Below are positions 48,563 to 61,819 of a stretch of DNA of 64,000 bases, piece by piece. The notes under the pieces are model-generated. The model had not been told where the DNA came from. It saw only the letters and a program-made list of their open reading frames with translations, and did no database searches. Every line of letters starts with the position of its first letter. The first letter of the stretch is position 1. The translations under genes and the position numbers were made by a program. This DNA is from Somniosus microcephalus (lineage: Eukaryota), in NCBI GenBank assembly GCA_052327205.1, contig CM126215.1, forward strand, positions 109,120,001 to 109,184,000, in the 5' to 3' direction.

Positions 48563-51500
48563 ATGCCTGAAGACGGAAGTAGTCGTCGATGTCAGAAACA
48601 CGGGTCTTTTTCAAGACCGGCATTGACTGTTATATCTGCTAATGTTGAAGGGTTCTCTATAGCTAAACAAAACATCCTCGCTACATTATGCAATGAGTTG
48701 GAGTGTGATGTCCTCTGCCTGCAGGAGACACATAGAGGAAGTGAGAACAACCGCCCAAAAATACCAGGAATGGTCCTGGCTATTGAAAGACCTCATCGAC
48801 AATATGGCAGTGCTGTATTTGTTAGAGCTGGTTCAGTTGTAGAAGCCACTTCTAAAACAGAGGAGGACAACATCGAAATTCTAACCGTAGAGCTGAGCAA
48901 AGTAGTAGTGACCTCAGTGTACAAGCCACCTGGCACAGATTTCAGCTTCTCTAACCCTGTACCCAACCTGCACAATAAACCACAGATCATCATTGGAGAC
49001 TTTAATAGCCACAGTACCCAATGGGGGTACAAGGAGACTAACAACGATGGAGAAGCAGTCGAAGAATGGATGGACGCTAACCAGCTTAGTCTCATCCACG
49101 ATCCTAAATTGCCAGCCTCCTTCCACAGTGCCCACTGGAAGTGTAGATATAATCCAGATCTTGCCATTGCCAGCAACGACATCGCTGGCCTCTGCAAGAA
49201 GCTTGTCACAGACCCAATACCACAGACACAACACCGTCCTATTGGTATCCAGGTAAATGCAGCAGTGTTACCAACCGTCATACCATTCAAAAGGCGCTTC
49301 AACTTCAAGAAGGCCAATTGGAACGGTTTCACACGAGCACTTAACCGCAAGGTTAAATGCATTAAACCACTACCTGAGCACTACAACCTCTTTGCAAAAG
49401 CTGTCCAAAAAACAGCTAGAAGGAAGATCCCCGAGGTTGCAGAGTACACTACATCCCTGGTCTCACCAAGGAGAATGCTGAACTCTACTGGGAGTATGTC
49501 TCAATGTTTGAATCTGACCCCTTCTCAGAGGAAACAATATCTACTGGTGAGAGGGTGATGTTAAGTATTTCTCAAGAACGTCAAAACACCTGGAACACCT
49601 TGATAGAGACAACAGATCTTACAAAAAACAGCAAGAAGGCATGGTCTCTCATACGCAAACTTGGAGGTGATCCCAAGAAAGCTGCCCAACATCCAAATGT
49701 GTCTGCTAACCAAGTTGCACACCAGTTGCTCCTAAATGGAAAAATCAACAAGAAACAACCAAGAGCACAACTAGATAGGAAGAAGTACAGCGATGATCCT
49801 GGCTTCACTAGACCATTCACCATGGAAGAGCTGGAAACTGGTACATCTAATCTAAAACACGGGAAAGCAATTGGTCTTGACAACATAGCAACGGAGCAGA
49901 TAAAGCATTTTGGACAGCAAGCAAAGAAGTGGCTCCTACAATTGTTCAACCACTGTCTGGCAACACACAAGCCACCTAATATCTGGCAGAAGGCACATGT
50001 AATAGCACTATTAAAGCCTGGAAAAGATCCCTCAGACCCTAAGAGTTTTCGGCCAATTTCACTGCTTTGCCACACCTATAAGCTGTTTGAACGCCTGATA
50101 CTCAATAGGATAGCACCAACTGTAGATGAGAAGATCATTCCAGAGCAAGCAGGTTTCCGCCCCGGCAAATCAACAACAAGCCAACTGCTCAACCTCACAC
50201 AACACATCGAAGATGGTTTTGAACAATGGATGGTAACTGGTGCTGTTTTTGTAGACCTGTCAGCAGCATACGATACAGTGAACCATAGACGTCTCCTATG
50301 CAAGATTCTAGAGATGACAAAAGAGATTCACTTAACAGAGCTGTTAGAAAGCATGCTTCAGAATCGCCGGTTCTATGTTGAACTAGGTGGGAAGCGCAGC
50401 AGGTGGCGTATTCAGAAGAATGGTCTTCCTCAGGGAAGTGTGCTTGCACCGCTGCTGTACAACATCTACACGAATGACCAACCTATAGACGGTGTCACAC
50501 GCCGTTTTATATATGCTGATGACTTATGTGTCACTGCCCAAAGCACTGATTTTAACACCGTGGGTGTTAAGTCCGTGAATGATTGAGACACGGACTAGCA
50601 GGAGAGAAAACAAACAGATCTTTACTGGTGGAAGTCCATAACGAAACTAAACAACAGAGGCTCTCTAGCGCCTTTTATACAGGGGTGGTCACTGCCGGTA
50701 CTGCAGTCTGAGACCAGTTATTCTCTTAAAGGTACATACAAAACAGTGGAGAAAACGCTTTCTGAGGCCTTGGAGGGACTAAAATCCTACTATGAAGAAA
50801 ACCACCTTCGCGCAATCCCATCAAAGACGCAAGTTTGTGCATTCCACCTCAGAAACCGTGAAGCCAAACGCCAGTTGAAAGTAACCTGGTGTGGAGCAAC
50901 ACTGACGCATTGCGAGCACCCTATCTACTTAGGAGTCACCCTTGACCGATGCCTCACCTTCAAGAACCACATCGAGAAGACAAAGGCAAAAGCGAGCGCA
51001 CGAAACAACATCCTGAATAAGCTCACTAACACAAGATGGGGAGCAAGCCCGAAAACATTGCAAACCAGTGCACTTGCTCTTTGCTATTCCACTGCCGAAT
51101 ACGCCTGCCCTGCATGGGAAAGGTCTACTCATGCCAAGAAGATGGATGCCGTTCTGAATGTAAGCTGCCGATTTATCACAGGTTGCTTAAAACCAACAAA
51201 CACCAACAGCCTGTATATCCTGGCGGGTATCGCTCCCCCTGATATAAGAAGAACAGTAGCCAGCAAGAAAGAGCGACTCCGTCAAACATCAGATGAGAGG
51301 CACCCTCTGCATTGTCATACACCTACACCCAGCCACCTAAAGTCAAGGAAGAGCTTCATGAACAGTGTTGTTCCATTACAATCAACCTCATCTGAAGCCC
51401 GCATCGCCTTGTGGAAAGACCGGCTCGCCAGTCTTGAACAACCCCCAGCGATGGAAATTTTACCTGATGAAAGCCTTCCCCCAGGAGCTAATTGCAACTG

Positions 51501-51735
51501 GGCAATCTGGAAGTGCCTTAACAGACTTAGGACCGGTGTAGGTTGCTCAAAGGTGTCACTAAGCAAATGGGGATATTCAACCAGCCCGACAACTTGTGAA
51601 TGTGGAACTGAGGCACAGACTATGCAACATCTCCTGCAATGCCCATCATTAGAGGAACCCTGAACTGTTGCAGATCTTGCCGAATCCAACAACAAGGCGC
51701 AAAAATGTGTCCAGTTCTGGCTGGGCTATGTATAG
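48563..51735 (+). pseudogene. LINE ORF: APE endonuclease, RT and C-terminal zinc knuckle
   Basis: LQETH, GDFNSH, FRPISLL, QAGFRPG, DLSAAYD, PQGSVLAP, YADD, LNRLRTG, CECG..QTMQHLLQCP; frameshift near 49430, solo LTR insertion, TGA at 51661. Confidence 0.9.
50565..50745 (-). repeat. Solo LTR related to the 33279 Gypsy
   Basis: 181 bp, TG...CA ends, TSD GTGGG/GTGGA; removing it restores the LINE frame (FNTVEKTL). Confidence 0.9.
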
Positions 51736-52226
51736 ACTGTCCGTGGACACGATAAGAAGAAGCGTGCTTTAAACAACAGTCTGAAGTTTGGCTCTACATG
51801 ACAATATGGCCCGGATAGAATTGGCAAAATAGTGCACTCTGCATAACATAGGCATGGAACGAGGCAGAGGGTGCGTTTGTGTAAACAGAATTCCAACAAG
51901 CCATGGAACAGGAGGAGGTGGTGGATAAGGATGAACAGGAGCTAGCACAAGCTGAACAATTGGCCCTGGGCTCCCCCCCCACACCCCACCACCCCCACCA
52001 CGATCGATCACTCCCAACCCCCCCCCCCCACTCCTTGCTAGCTGCCCAATATTGTGCCACTTGGAGCTGGTGAGCAGCAGCGGGATGCCCGTTTGGCTCC
52101 GGAGCTTGCCGGTGGCATGGTAATGAGTCCCAAACTCGAATTTGGTTCAGACCTCATGCCTCCATGAATGGGCTGGCAAAGCAACTACGCCGCCAACTTT
52201 GTGCCCATTCAGGTAGAAGTTGAATT

Positions 52227-53032
52227 TCATAAAATCATAGAATAGTAGAGTACAAAAGGAGGCCATTCGGCCCATCAAATCTGTGCCGGCTCTTTCGAAG
52301 AGCAATCCAGTTAGTCCCACTCCCCCGCTCTTTCCCCATATCCCTGCAATTTTTTTCTCCTCCAAGTATTCGCCCAATTCCCTTTTGAAGGCTACTATTG
52401 AATCTGTATCCACCACCCAATCAGGCAGCGCATTCCAAATCCTAACCACTCGCTGCGTAAAAAGTTTTTTCTCATGTCACCTCTGGTTTTGCCAATCACC
52501 TTAAATCTATGCCCTCTTGTTATTGACCCTTTAGCCATTGGAAACAGCTTCTCTATCTAAACCCTTCATGATTTTAAACACCTCTATCAAATCTCCTCTT
52601 AGCCTTCTCTGCTCCAAGGGGAACAACCCCAGCTTCTCCAGTCTATCCACGCAACTGTAATCCCTCATCCCTGGAACCATTCTAGTAAATCTCTTCTGTA
52701 CCGTCTCGAAAGCCTTCACGTCCTTCCTAAAGTGTGGTGCCCAGAATTGGACACAATACTCCAGCTGGGGCCGAACTAATGTTTTATATAGGTTTAACAT
52801 AACTTCTTGGCTTTTGTACCCTATGCCTCTATTTATAAAGCCCAGAATCCCATATGCTTTATTAACTGCTTTGTTAACCTGTCCTGCGACCTTCAAAGGT
52901 TTGTGCACAAACACCCCCCCAGGTCTCACTGTTCCTGCACCCCCTTTAAAATTGTACCATTTAGTGTGTATGGTCACTCCTCATTCTTCCTAACAAAATG
53001 TATCACCTCACACTTCTCTATGTTACATTTCA
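52227..53032 (-). mobile_element. CR1 LINE 3' portion
   Basis: LYKTLVRPQLEYCVQFWAP, RRLRGDLIEVFK; CR1 tail. Confidence 0.9.
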
Positions 53033-53772
53033 TCCCCTGTATCTCTGGGCTGGTGATTGCATTGAATGGTGATGTCGCTGAGTGCTGTGTGGTGTTGCTG
53101 GTTGTGTCTGCCTTGCTGTTTTTCGGGTTCTGATGTATTTGCGACAAGGTGAAAAGTAAGGTAGGTTTTCTGGTCCCGGAGCAGGGAATGACTAGATGCT
53201 GACACAAACCCAGCCAAAGATGTAGTAAGCTGACTGCCTCCGATTGTCTGGGGTCAACTCATTTACAGAATTATCCTGAGCTGCCTGACTAGCGTTGGCA
53301 CTCTGCGGGTAGCTAGCCCAATGGATGGAGTGGAAAATCACACTGTAGCTGAAATTTAAAGGGATGTGGCTACTTAACCATTGTACCAAACTGCTCTTAT
53401 GTTGTCTCCTTTCTCTGTCACTCCCACAGAGGTGTAAACACAACTACACAAACCTCACACACAGTATCTTGCAATGAAAGCTCAGCTTGAAATTATGTCT
53501 TGCAGCCAGCATTCTAAAATGTGTTTCTATTCTGTCATGGCCCAGAACAAGACACATTGCAGATGCCCTGCCTCACCCTCATGAAAGCTACATACATCTC
53601 AGTTGATGCAGCTAGTAAGACTGAGAAAATAGAACTGTATGAGGCATGGTGTACAGGTGAGGAGCAAGTGGTGGTAGCAGAGAGGGAGCAGAGACCTGCT
53701 GGACAGATTGCCATATGGGTCCCATTGATGAGCCCGCTTCATTTGAGAAACCAGCCACCCCAAAGAGACAAA

Positions 53773-54654
53773 GGGGCAAAAATTCAGTTGCTTTGCGCCT
53801 CCCGTCAGCGTCCTAAGAGGGCGCTAATGGGGCGCAAAGCAACTAGCGCCTGGGCGCGGCGATGTTTGCGCCGCTTGCGAAATTGACCAGACATTTTGTG
53901 GCGGTGCTAAACACTACCGCCACGATCTCCTGTGCCGGCAGATCGTGACGTTAGTCGAGTGTGCAATGCCCCGGTAGCGCCCCAGACCGGATATTGAGTG
54001 GCGCCCCCTGCCTTACCGCCTGCTGCTAGCAACAACAGGTTGAGGGGAGCGTTTTGCATTTGGGAAGGGATTGGGGGAGCACTATTTAAAGGCGACCGCT
54101 TCCTGCCTTTTTTTGTTGCCGACATTTTTGCACCACGCATTCTGAGTGAGAGAGAGAGACTTCTGGAGATATTCAACGCTGTGTTGAGGAGTTTTGGGTA
54201 CTGAGCAGCACTTGGCAGGTTCATTTTGATTTGATCTTCCTTGCATCGATTTAGAAGAGAATATGGGGGCTGCACTCTGAGCTCTTTCCCTGGGCCTCTC
54301 CATTGTTCTTTCCAGCAGATTTGATGTACAGGCCGAGATTCAAGGCTGCAATGAGCAGGGTGTGGATGGAGAGCAAGATCGACCCTCCCCTTTAAGAACT
54401 GGCCAGCACCAGTGTGTCTGTGTTCCATTGCTGACTGACATCATCTGAGCTTCGCCAGTGCTCTGAGGTAGTGCCTCGCTCCTCGGCGTTAGTGCCTTAA
54501 GAGAGGTGTGTAGCACCTGATTTAGTGCTCCAATCACCTCCAGGGGTGATAGAAGCCAAGTTTGCAGTCGGAGGCGATAATTAGCGCCAGGCGCTAAACT
54601 TTGGGCCCAGCCGATAATTGCCCCCCAAACAGGGCGATACCGAATTTCTCCCCC
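53773..54654. mobile_element. Non-autonomous Harbinger element (MITE), copy 2
   Basis: TIR GGGGCAAAAATTC / GAATTTCTCCCCC; TSD AAA; colinear with 7766-8652. Confidence 0.85.
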
Positions 54655-55692
54655 AAAGTGGCCTGCCCTGCTGCTGGTGGCTTTCCATTGGAAAAGGTAA
54701 GAAATCATTTGTCCTGGCAACCAAGGGCTCAGGGACCATTTATATGAACCAGTGCACTGTAGACTGGCTGAAGTGAAATATCTCACTTGATAATCTGTGC
54801 AACAATAATCTATTAAACAGCAGTCAGCATGGTTTCAGAAGGGGAAGACCCGAGTACCTAGGAGAAGGTACTCTGAAAATAAAAATCATGAGGAAGGCAA
54901 CAGGGAACCACCTCAGTTACTCATATTAATGATTTCAGGGAGTTAATGCAAGGTATCCTCAACCTGGCTAAAGTTGCATTGCAAGCTCTGTGATGTGACA
55001 CCATGCAGTTTCATATTTTTGGGGGACTTTTTTTCAGTTACTCAAGTCCTTTAACATAAAATTGCTATAAAGAAATTGATGCACTCATTGGTACCTACAA
55101 GCGTGAAAATTCCAATTTGTACTCCGGCTAGAAATCCCGCAAAAACGTCTCTGTTGCCTTTTTTGAGCACCTTCACCATGGTAGCCAAAGCTGAGAATCT
55201 CATCATCCGGCTTTCCAACAAGTAAGTCAGGATTGACCAGGCTCTGTATTCAGTTCTCATAAAACTTTCTGAGTGCTGGATACAGGATGTGAATTTGAAG
55301 AGTTTCAGACTACTGCAGGGTACTAGAATGCTATAACTATCTAAGGTTGGTAGAGAGCTTCCAAGAATGAAAGGTAACGCTTGGTGATTGGAATCTTGAA
55401 ACGCTCAACTAAGCTTTCTTCTGTTTACATTTATTTCTTACTTTTCTTTGATCCCTTTTGCCCTCCTATTTGTCATGGTTGGTAAGGAAGCAGACTTTGA
55501 GACAGTCTCATTTTAACAGTACCCGATTGGTGCATCCACTTTGACTTAACCACCTCGTAGATCTATGCACAAAAACCTTTCTCACATCTTCATGCTGGAA
55601 TTCCATGAAGTCCCTGAGGTGCTGATTTCTTTTAGATGATTTATCGAAATGGTATATAACATCAGTGAGGAGGTCTATCACTGGGGAAGATA

Positions 55693-56555
55693 AATCAATG
55701 ACCTTCCCTCCATCATAAGGTCAGAAGTGGGGATGTTCGCTGATGATTGCACAGTGTTCAGTGCCATTCACAACTCCTCAGATAATGAAGCAGTCCGTGC
55801 CTGCATGCAACAAGACCTGGACAACATTCAGGCTTGGACTGATAAGTTGCAAGTAACATTTCCGCCACACAAGTGCCGGACAATGATCATCTCCGAGAAG
55901 AGAAGATCTAACCACCTCCCCATGACATTCAATGGCATTATCATCATCGAATCCCCCACCATCAACATCCTGGGGGTCACCATTGACCAGAAACTTAACT
56001 GGACCAGCCACATAAATACTGTGGCAACAAGAGCAGATCAGAGGCTGGGTATTCTGTGACTCACCTCCTGACTCCCCGAAGCCTTTCCACCATCTACAAA
56101 GCACAAGTCAGGAGTGTGTTGGAATATTCTCGACTTGCTTGGATGAGTGCAGCTCCAACAATACTCAAGAAGCTCGACACCATCTAGGACAAAGCAACCT
56201 GCTTGATTGGTACCCCATCCACCACCTTAAACATTCACTCCCTCCACCACCAGTGTACCGTGTCTGCAATGTGTACCATCTACAAGGTGCACTGCAGCAA
56301 CTTGCCAAAGCATCTCCGACAACACCTCCCAAACCCACGACCTCTACCACCTAGAAGGACAAGGGTAGCAGGTGCATGGGAACACCACCACCTCCAAGTT
56401 CCCCTCCAAGTCACACACCACCCTGACTTGGACATATATCGCTGTTCCTTCATCGTCGCTGGGTCAAAATCCTGGAACATCCTACCTAATAGCACTGTGG
56501 GAGTACCTTCACCACATGGACTGCACCGGTTCAGAAAGCAGCTCACCACTACATT
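55693..56555 (+). mobile_element. CR1/L2-group LINE RT fragment (different family from the other CR1s)
   Basis: INDLP...MFADDCTVF...QQDLDNIQAW...ILGVTIDQKLNWTSHI. Confidence 0.8.
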
Positions 56556-57919
56556 CCCACATCGATTGAATGAATAATTAAAATGCTTTTGTTGAAGAGC
56601 TAGTCATAAGATGCAATCTATGGCATAGACATTCTATAGCAAACATTTTGGGCTGCTCTTGTCCTTACAATCTGCACAATGACGGAATTGTTTGCATCGT
56701 AAGCAACACAATGCGGACACTTTTAACTTGCCAAAATCAGTGTTAATGGAACGGTAGTGACCTCAAAATAGGGTCAGTAGACTTAATGCTCCGTTAAAAC
56801 TGACCCTTTGTAGGCTGCTGTTTTTAAAGGGGCCTACAGCTAGTCTGCTGAAGCGCCTGCCTGCTTCAGGCGGTCGGCCTCTTTTAAAATGCAAATCGTG
56901 GTCTTATGATGAACATAGGGCCCTGATTGCCATTTTGGGACAGAACTGGTTGGAGCGTATGCTGGGCACTCTCCCGTTTTATCAGTGATACAGCCAAATA
57001 GGGCTATAAAAGTAAGTTTTAAATTATTGTTGTGGGACCAGAAGCAGGAGTGCCCCACAAAAATAACCTGGGTTGCTCATGCCATGGGCTCCTCCCCCCT
57101 ACAACTGTGATTCACCCCCACCCCACCTCAGGAACTTACCTTGCCGCTGGCTAGGCAATCTCCGGGCCACTTTTAACGTTGGCAGGGACATAAAACAGGT
57201 GATATCAGATTGGCCGCCCGCTCTACATCCTTCCTGATTGTCCTTTCCATTGATGATGCCCCTTTTAAGCTCCCGCCGAAGTTGAAAGGTCAGGCGAATG
57301 GTTCCAAGACATGCATAATTGGTGAGAGATTCAGCGATAGCATTAAAGATCCCAATCCTATAATATTGTTTAGCGGTAGCATGCCAAGGAATTTGCTTTG
57401 CATTAATTATTGCTCATTTTAATGAGCTAGTAATAGTGGGAAAAGCTTATCTTCCCCATGGTTTCTGCTCTCTGTAGACAACATGGACCATCCTGATTGT
57501 GGTGCTGCTGGTTTCTTGGACATGGGGGCTACAGCTCTATTCTCAATATGGCTTGTTTTTTTCCTCTTGCAGACCGAAGCTTTGGCAAATGTTGGAACCA
57601 AATAGCTTAACTACATGAGACTGTGCTCAGTCAAAAACCTGTGAAAAACATGCATGTTATTGTAGATTCGATATAATAGGTCACGACAAAATATCCTCAT
57701 TGCCCAGGTTCCAGAACGACATCACACCTTTCGCAAAAGCAATGATAGTTGTGTGGTCTGCTGTCCTTTATGAATGGATGTTTTGTGCTCCACTTGTGGT
57801 TAAAATTGAATACACAGTCTGTTTTTTTCATGATGCGAGAAAAGCAGATACTATCTATTTGTGCAAACAAAACTAATCTCAAGAAAGCTGCTGCTCTTCT
57901 GACAAGAAAATTTCACCAG

Positions 57920-58390
57920 AGAAAAAAAGACTTATATATTTATATTGCACCTTTCACGACCACCGGATGTCCCAAAGCACTTTACAGCCAATGAATTTCT
58001 TTTGAAGCGTAGTCACTGTTGTAATGTAGGAAACGCGGCAGCCATTTTGTGCACAGCAAGCTCCCACAAACAGCGGTGTGATAATGACCGGATAATCTGT
58101 TTTTAGTGATGTTGATTGAGGGATAAACATTGGCCAGGATACCAGGGATAACTTCCCTGCTATTCTTCGAAATAGTGCCGTGGGATCTTTTACGGCCAGC
58201 TGAGAGGGAAGACAGGGCCTCAGTTTAACATCTCATCTGAAAGACAGCACCTCCGACAGTGCAGCATTTCCTCAGTACTGCACTGGAGTGTCAACCTAGA
58301 TTTTTGTACTCAAGTCTCTGGAGTGGGATTGGAACGCCACAACCTTCTTGACTCACAGGTGAGGGTGGTACCAACTGAGCCACAGCTGAC
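57920..58390 (-). mobile_element. Deu-SINE (SacSINE1-like)
   Basis: Reverse-complement match to 22090-22558. Confidence 0.85.
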
Positions 58391-59696
58391 AGAGAGCAAC
58401 TTTTAAATTTGATATTACTGGTGGGATTGTTTTGCTCGACTTAAAACAAGCAGTGTTGAAAAGGGAAGTCCCAACTTTAAATCTATACAGTTGAAAGGAC
58501 CACGCCAATTATGTGATTCTGCAAGTTTCATTCAGTACATTAAATAAATTAATTTACCAACCTGATCTGTTCGTGGCAAAACATTTTAGGCAAGATCTGG
58601 CAGAAGAGGAATCGATGTCTACATGCAGAATAGAGCCAGGCAGGGTATGCTGTTAGAGGGAGACTGCAGAGCGATCTTGGGCTAGAGGATGGGGGAGAGG
58701 TACGGCAGTAGTATTAGCTGTGGTACGGGGGGCAGGGGGGCTACTATTTTGTTGTAAAGTAGGGTTTAGCAGCTCAGGCAGGAGGAGTCTTCAGAGGCTA
58801 GAGTCAGTTGTTTGGGAAAGGGCGAATCCCTCGATGGGGAAGGGATCTCAGTCCTATGTCAGCTCCTGGAACCAGACGGAGCCAAGCAGCATCATCCAGT
58901 CAGCTACCTCAGTGGAAGTGAAAGTGAGCACTGCACAAATCCTCAATGCCACAGGTGGCTTCCAGGCACCTACAAGAGACAGTATGCTGTTCACTGCTGC
59001 ATCACTGAGGTAACAGATGTTCTCTTTTGTCTCTCATTGGCCTACGTCAAGTACACTAGCTGGAACCACAGACCTAATTGTTTCAGTTCCTGAGAGCACT
59101 CGTATTCCCATTCATGAACCTGCAGGTTACTGCTGAAGAATCCATGACTATTCAACTGTTTGAAGCAGAGGCAGAATACATGGTCGGTTCCTGCAAAAGC
59201 AATATTACTCACTGCAAACATGGCTAATGATAGTTCTGTGGAAGCATTCGACCTCTTGAAATGTTTCCAATGTCTGGACTGCTCAGGTGGTGCCTTGCAG
59301 TGTAGCCTAGAGCAATGTCGTCATTGAACGAGGCATACAGGTGCATGCCAAAGGAGAGTTGCAGCAAGACAGTCCCAAGAGGAGGATGATGGGAACATGA
59401 CCTCTCAGTGCTCCAGGTAGCACAGGTGCAATGGGCACTTATCAACAATTTATTTCTCCAACTTGGACACAACCTATTCTGTAAGCGGAAGGACAGAATG
59501 CAGAATGTTGTAAATACATTTTAATTAGAGTTGCCTGGCCATTGTTTTTGCACGAGTAGGTGCCTTTTCCCATTATAATGCATAAATCAACTTTTTCCCT
59601 TAATATATATAATTCAATCTCTCAACACTAGTGCACATTTGTTACATGTTAAAGTGTCACATATGCACCATGTTTTTCACATTATACATTGCACTT

Positions 59697-60222
59697 AGGA
59701 ACATAGAGACAGGAGGAGGCCATGCAGCCTCTCAAGCCTGTTCCACCATTCAATTAGATCATGGCTGATCTGTATCTTAACTCCATTTACCCTTGGTTCC
59801 GTAACCCTTAATACCCTTGCCTAACAAAAATCTAGCAATCTCAGTTTTGACATTTCCAATTGACCCCCCGGCCTCAACAGTTTTTTTGGGGAGAGATGTG
59901 CTGATTTCCACTCTTCTCTTCTCTTCTTGGGCAGTCCCTCGGAACCGAGGATGACTTGCTTCCACATTAAAGATGAGTTCACAGGTGACTGATGAGTCCA
60001 ATGCGGGACCTACAGTCTCTGTCACAGGTGGGGCAGACGGTGGTTGAAGGGGCGGGTGGGTGGGGTGCTTGGGTTGACGTGCGCTCCTTGCGCTGCCTGC
60101 GCTTGGCTACACTTCCACTAGCTCTAAGTTTAAGGTTATGCCCCATTATTCTGGACTCCCCCACCAAGGAATTGGTTTCTCTCCATCTACCTTATCAAAT
60201 CCTTTAATTATCTGAAACACCT
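59697..60222 (-). mobile_element. CR1 3' fragment containing a nested RTE LINE 3' end
   Basis: CR1 tail at 59697-59912; CR1 remnant again at 60113-60222. Confidence 0.65.
59913..60112 (-). mobile_element. RTE (BovB-like) LINE 3' end
   Basis: AKRRQRKER...CPTCDRDCRSRIGLISHL; GAAGA-repeat tail; possible TSD TTCCACT. Confidence 0.8.
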
Positions 60223-61560
60223 CACCTGCTTAATTGGCTTAAATATCATCATATCCATTAAGAATCAACAAATTGTAACAAATCCCAGTTGACTGAATGA
60301 TGCTCATTTCCTGAAATATCACTGAACACGTTAGAAACTAAGTAGAAAAATTAACAATGAAGAATCAGCAAACAAGGAAGAGAACACAACCAATGAAATT
60401 ACTCCAAATATTTTTTTAAATGCCTTCAGCCAGTATCTCACTTTGTCAATAACCTGATGATACAGTACTAAACATTTCTATCATAACAAACGCATAAAAA
60501 CTTATCATTTGCAAAATAAATCTTCAAATTTACTTATAAAATTCTTCAAGCCCTGTTCGAAAGGACTACCCTTCATAGAGGTCTGGGACTTCAGGTTTTT
60601 TTTCCCTTTCTTGAAGATTGGTTTGTCCAACTGATGATATTTTTCAGGTTTCTACACATACATGAATTCCAGGCCTCTGTGGATGGTGATCTCAATGCCC
60701 AGCAAAGTGTCGACCCCATAGTGATCATTCCAGCTTATGTTATTATTATACCACTATGCTTGTTTCCTCAATGCTTACCTCAGAAACATACCTTTTTCCA
60801 GTGGCAATATTGTATAGCATGCTCGGACTCTAACCCTGCCATAAATGAGCTCGCAGCTCTCTTTTCAACCCAGACGCCCACCTGAGTCTTCCCACTATGC
60901 TCCTGGTCCAGCTGGTCACCTCGAGTCCTTTGACCCTGCCCTTAGACAGGCAGACACCACCCCCCCCAAAGATTTCCAGCTCCACTCCAAGATGGTGCCT
61001 GTTACCAATGCCACAGAAGATGCCCTCGTTTTACAGAAAAAAGTATTGACTGTAATCTTCATGGTGTTGAACATTATCAATGCAAGACTGCATGTGTGCA
61101 ATATGTTTACCATAGTGAGCCACTGTGCGGCCCCCAGTGTGTCAATGACACGTTTTTCCTCTTAAGTGATGCCCAACTGGAAGGAGTAGGTGTGGAGGAT
61201 TGCTGAGGGGTTCTTCTCAGGACCTGCTTGAAATTCTGCCGCATGCCTATCTTCACGAGTTTCTCACAGCCTTGCCTGTGTGTCAGGAATAGACGGTCCT
61301 ATTCTGGCTGTGGGAGCCTGCTTCTTCTGTTAGTTGTCCAGAAGCAGGTGCTAGCAAAGGACTGGTAGTGAGCTGAGAGGCCATCTGGGCTTTTTCATGA
61401 AAGCTGCTACTGGAGGCTGCACTGATCTGTGCGCAGATACTGTTGCTTTTCTGCAAGGTCTCTGAATCCCTCCCTGCTGGGTGTGTTTTCAAGTGCATCA
61501 AAACTGTACTGTACTGCGTCTTCGACTATGGATCTTAATACTTCAACATTATTTCCTCCT

Positions 61561-61795
61561 TGTGGTAAACCACTGTTATACCTGTCTGTATGTGTATGTG
61601 TATTCCACTAGGTACAGGTCTGGACATGCCTCGGCTGACTCCTCCCACTATTCCAGGTATATAAGTGACTACCTCCCAGTCCCTTAGTATTCTGGATGGG
61701 TCGACCACTCGAGACTAGACCTTCATTCTTTAGTTAATAAAAGCCTGGTTGTTACTCGCTTAACCTCAGTCTTTTGAGTAATTGATGGCGCATCA
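61561..61795 (+). repeat. Putative 5' LTR of the second Gypsy
   Basis: TATATAAG 61658-61665; AATAAA 61736-61741; ends GCATCA; left boundary inferred because the 3' LTR is outside the window. Confidence 0.6.
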
Positions 61796-61819
61796 ATTTT
61801 ATTAACTAAATTTTTTATA

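Larger units (their letters stand above)
48503..51760 (+). mobile_element. Vingi/Ingi-like non-LTR retrotransposon, near full length
   Basis: Single ORF APE-RT-CCHC without RNase H; tail GACACGATAAGAAGA; 11-bp TSD AGCGTGCTTTA (48492-48502 and 51761-51771). Confidence 0.8.
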
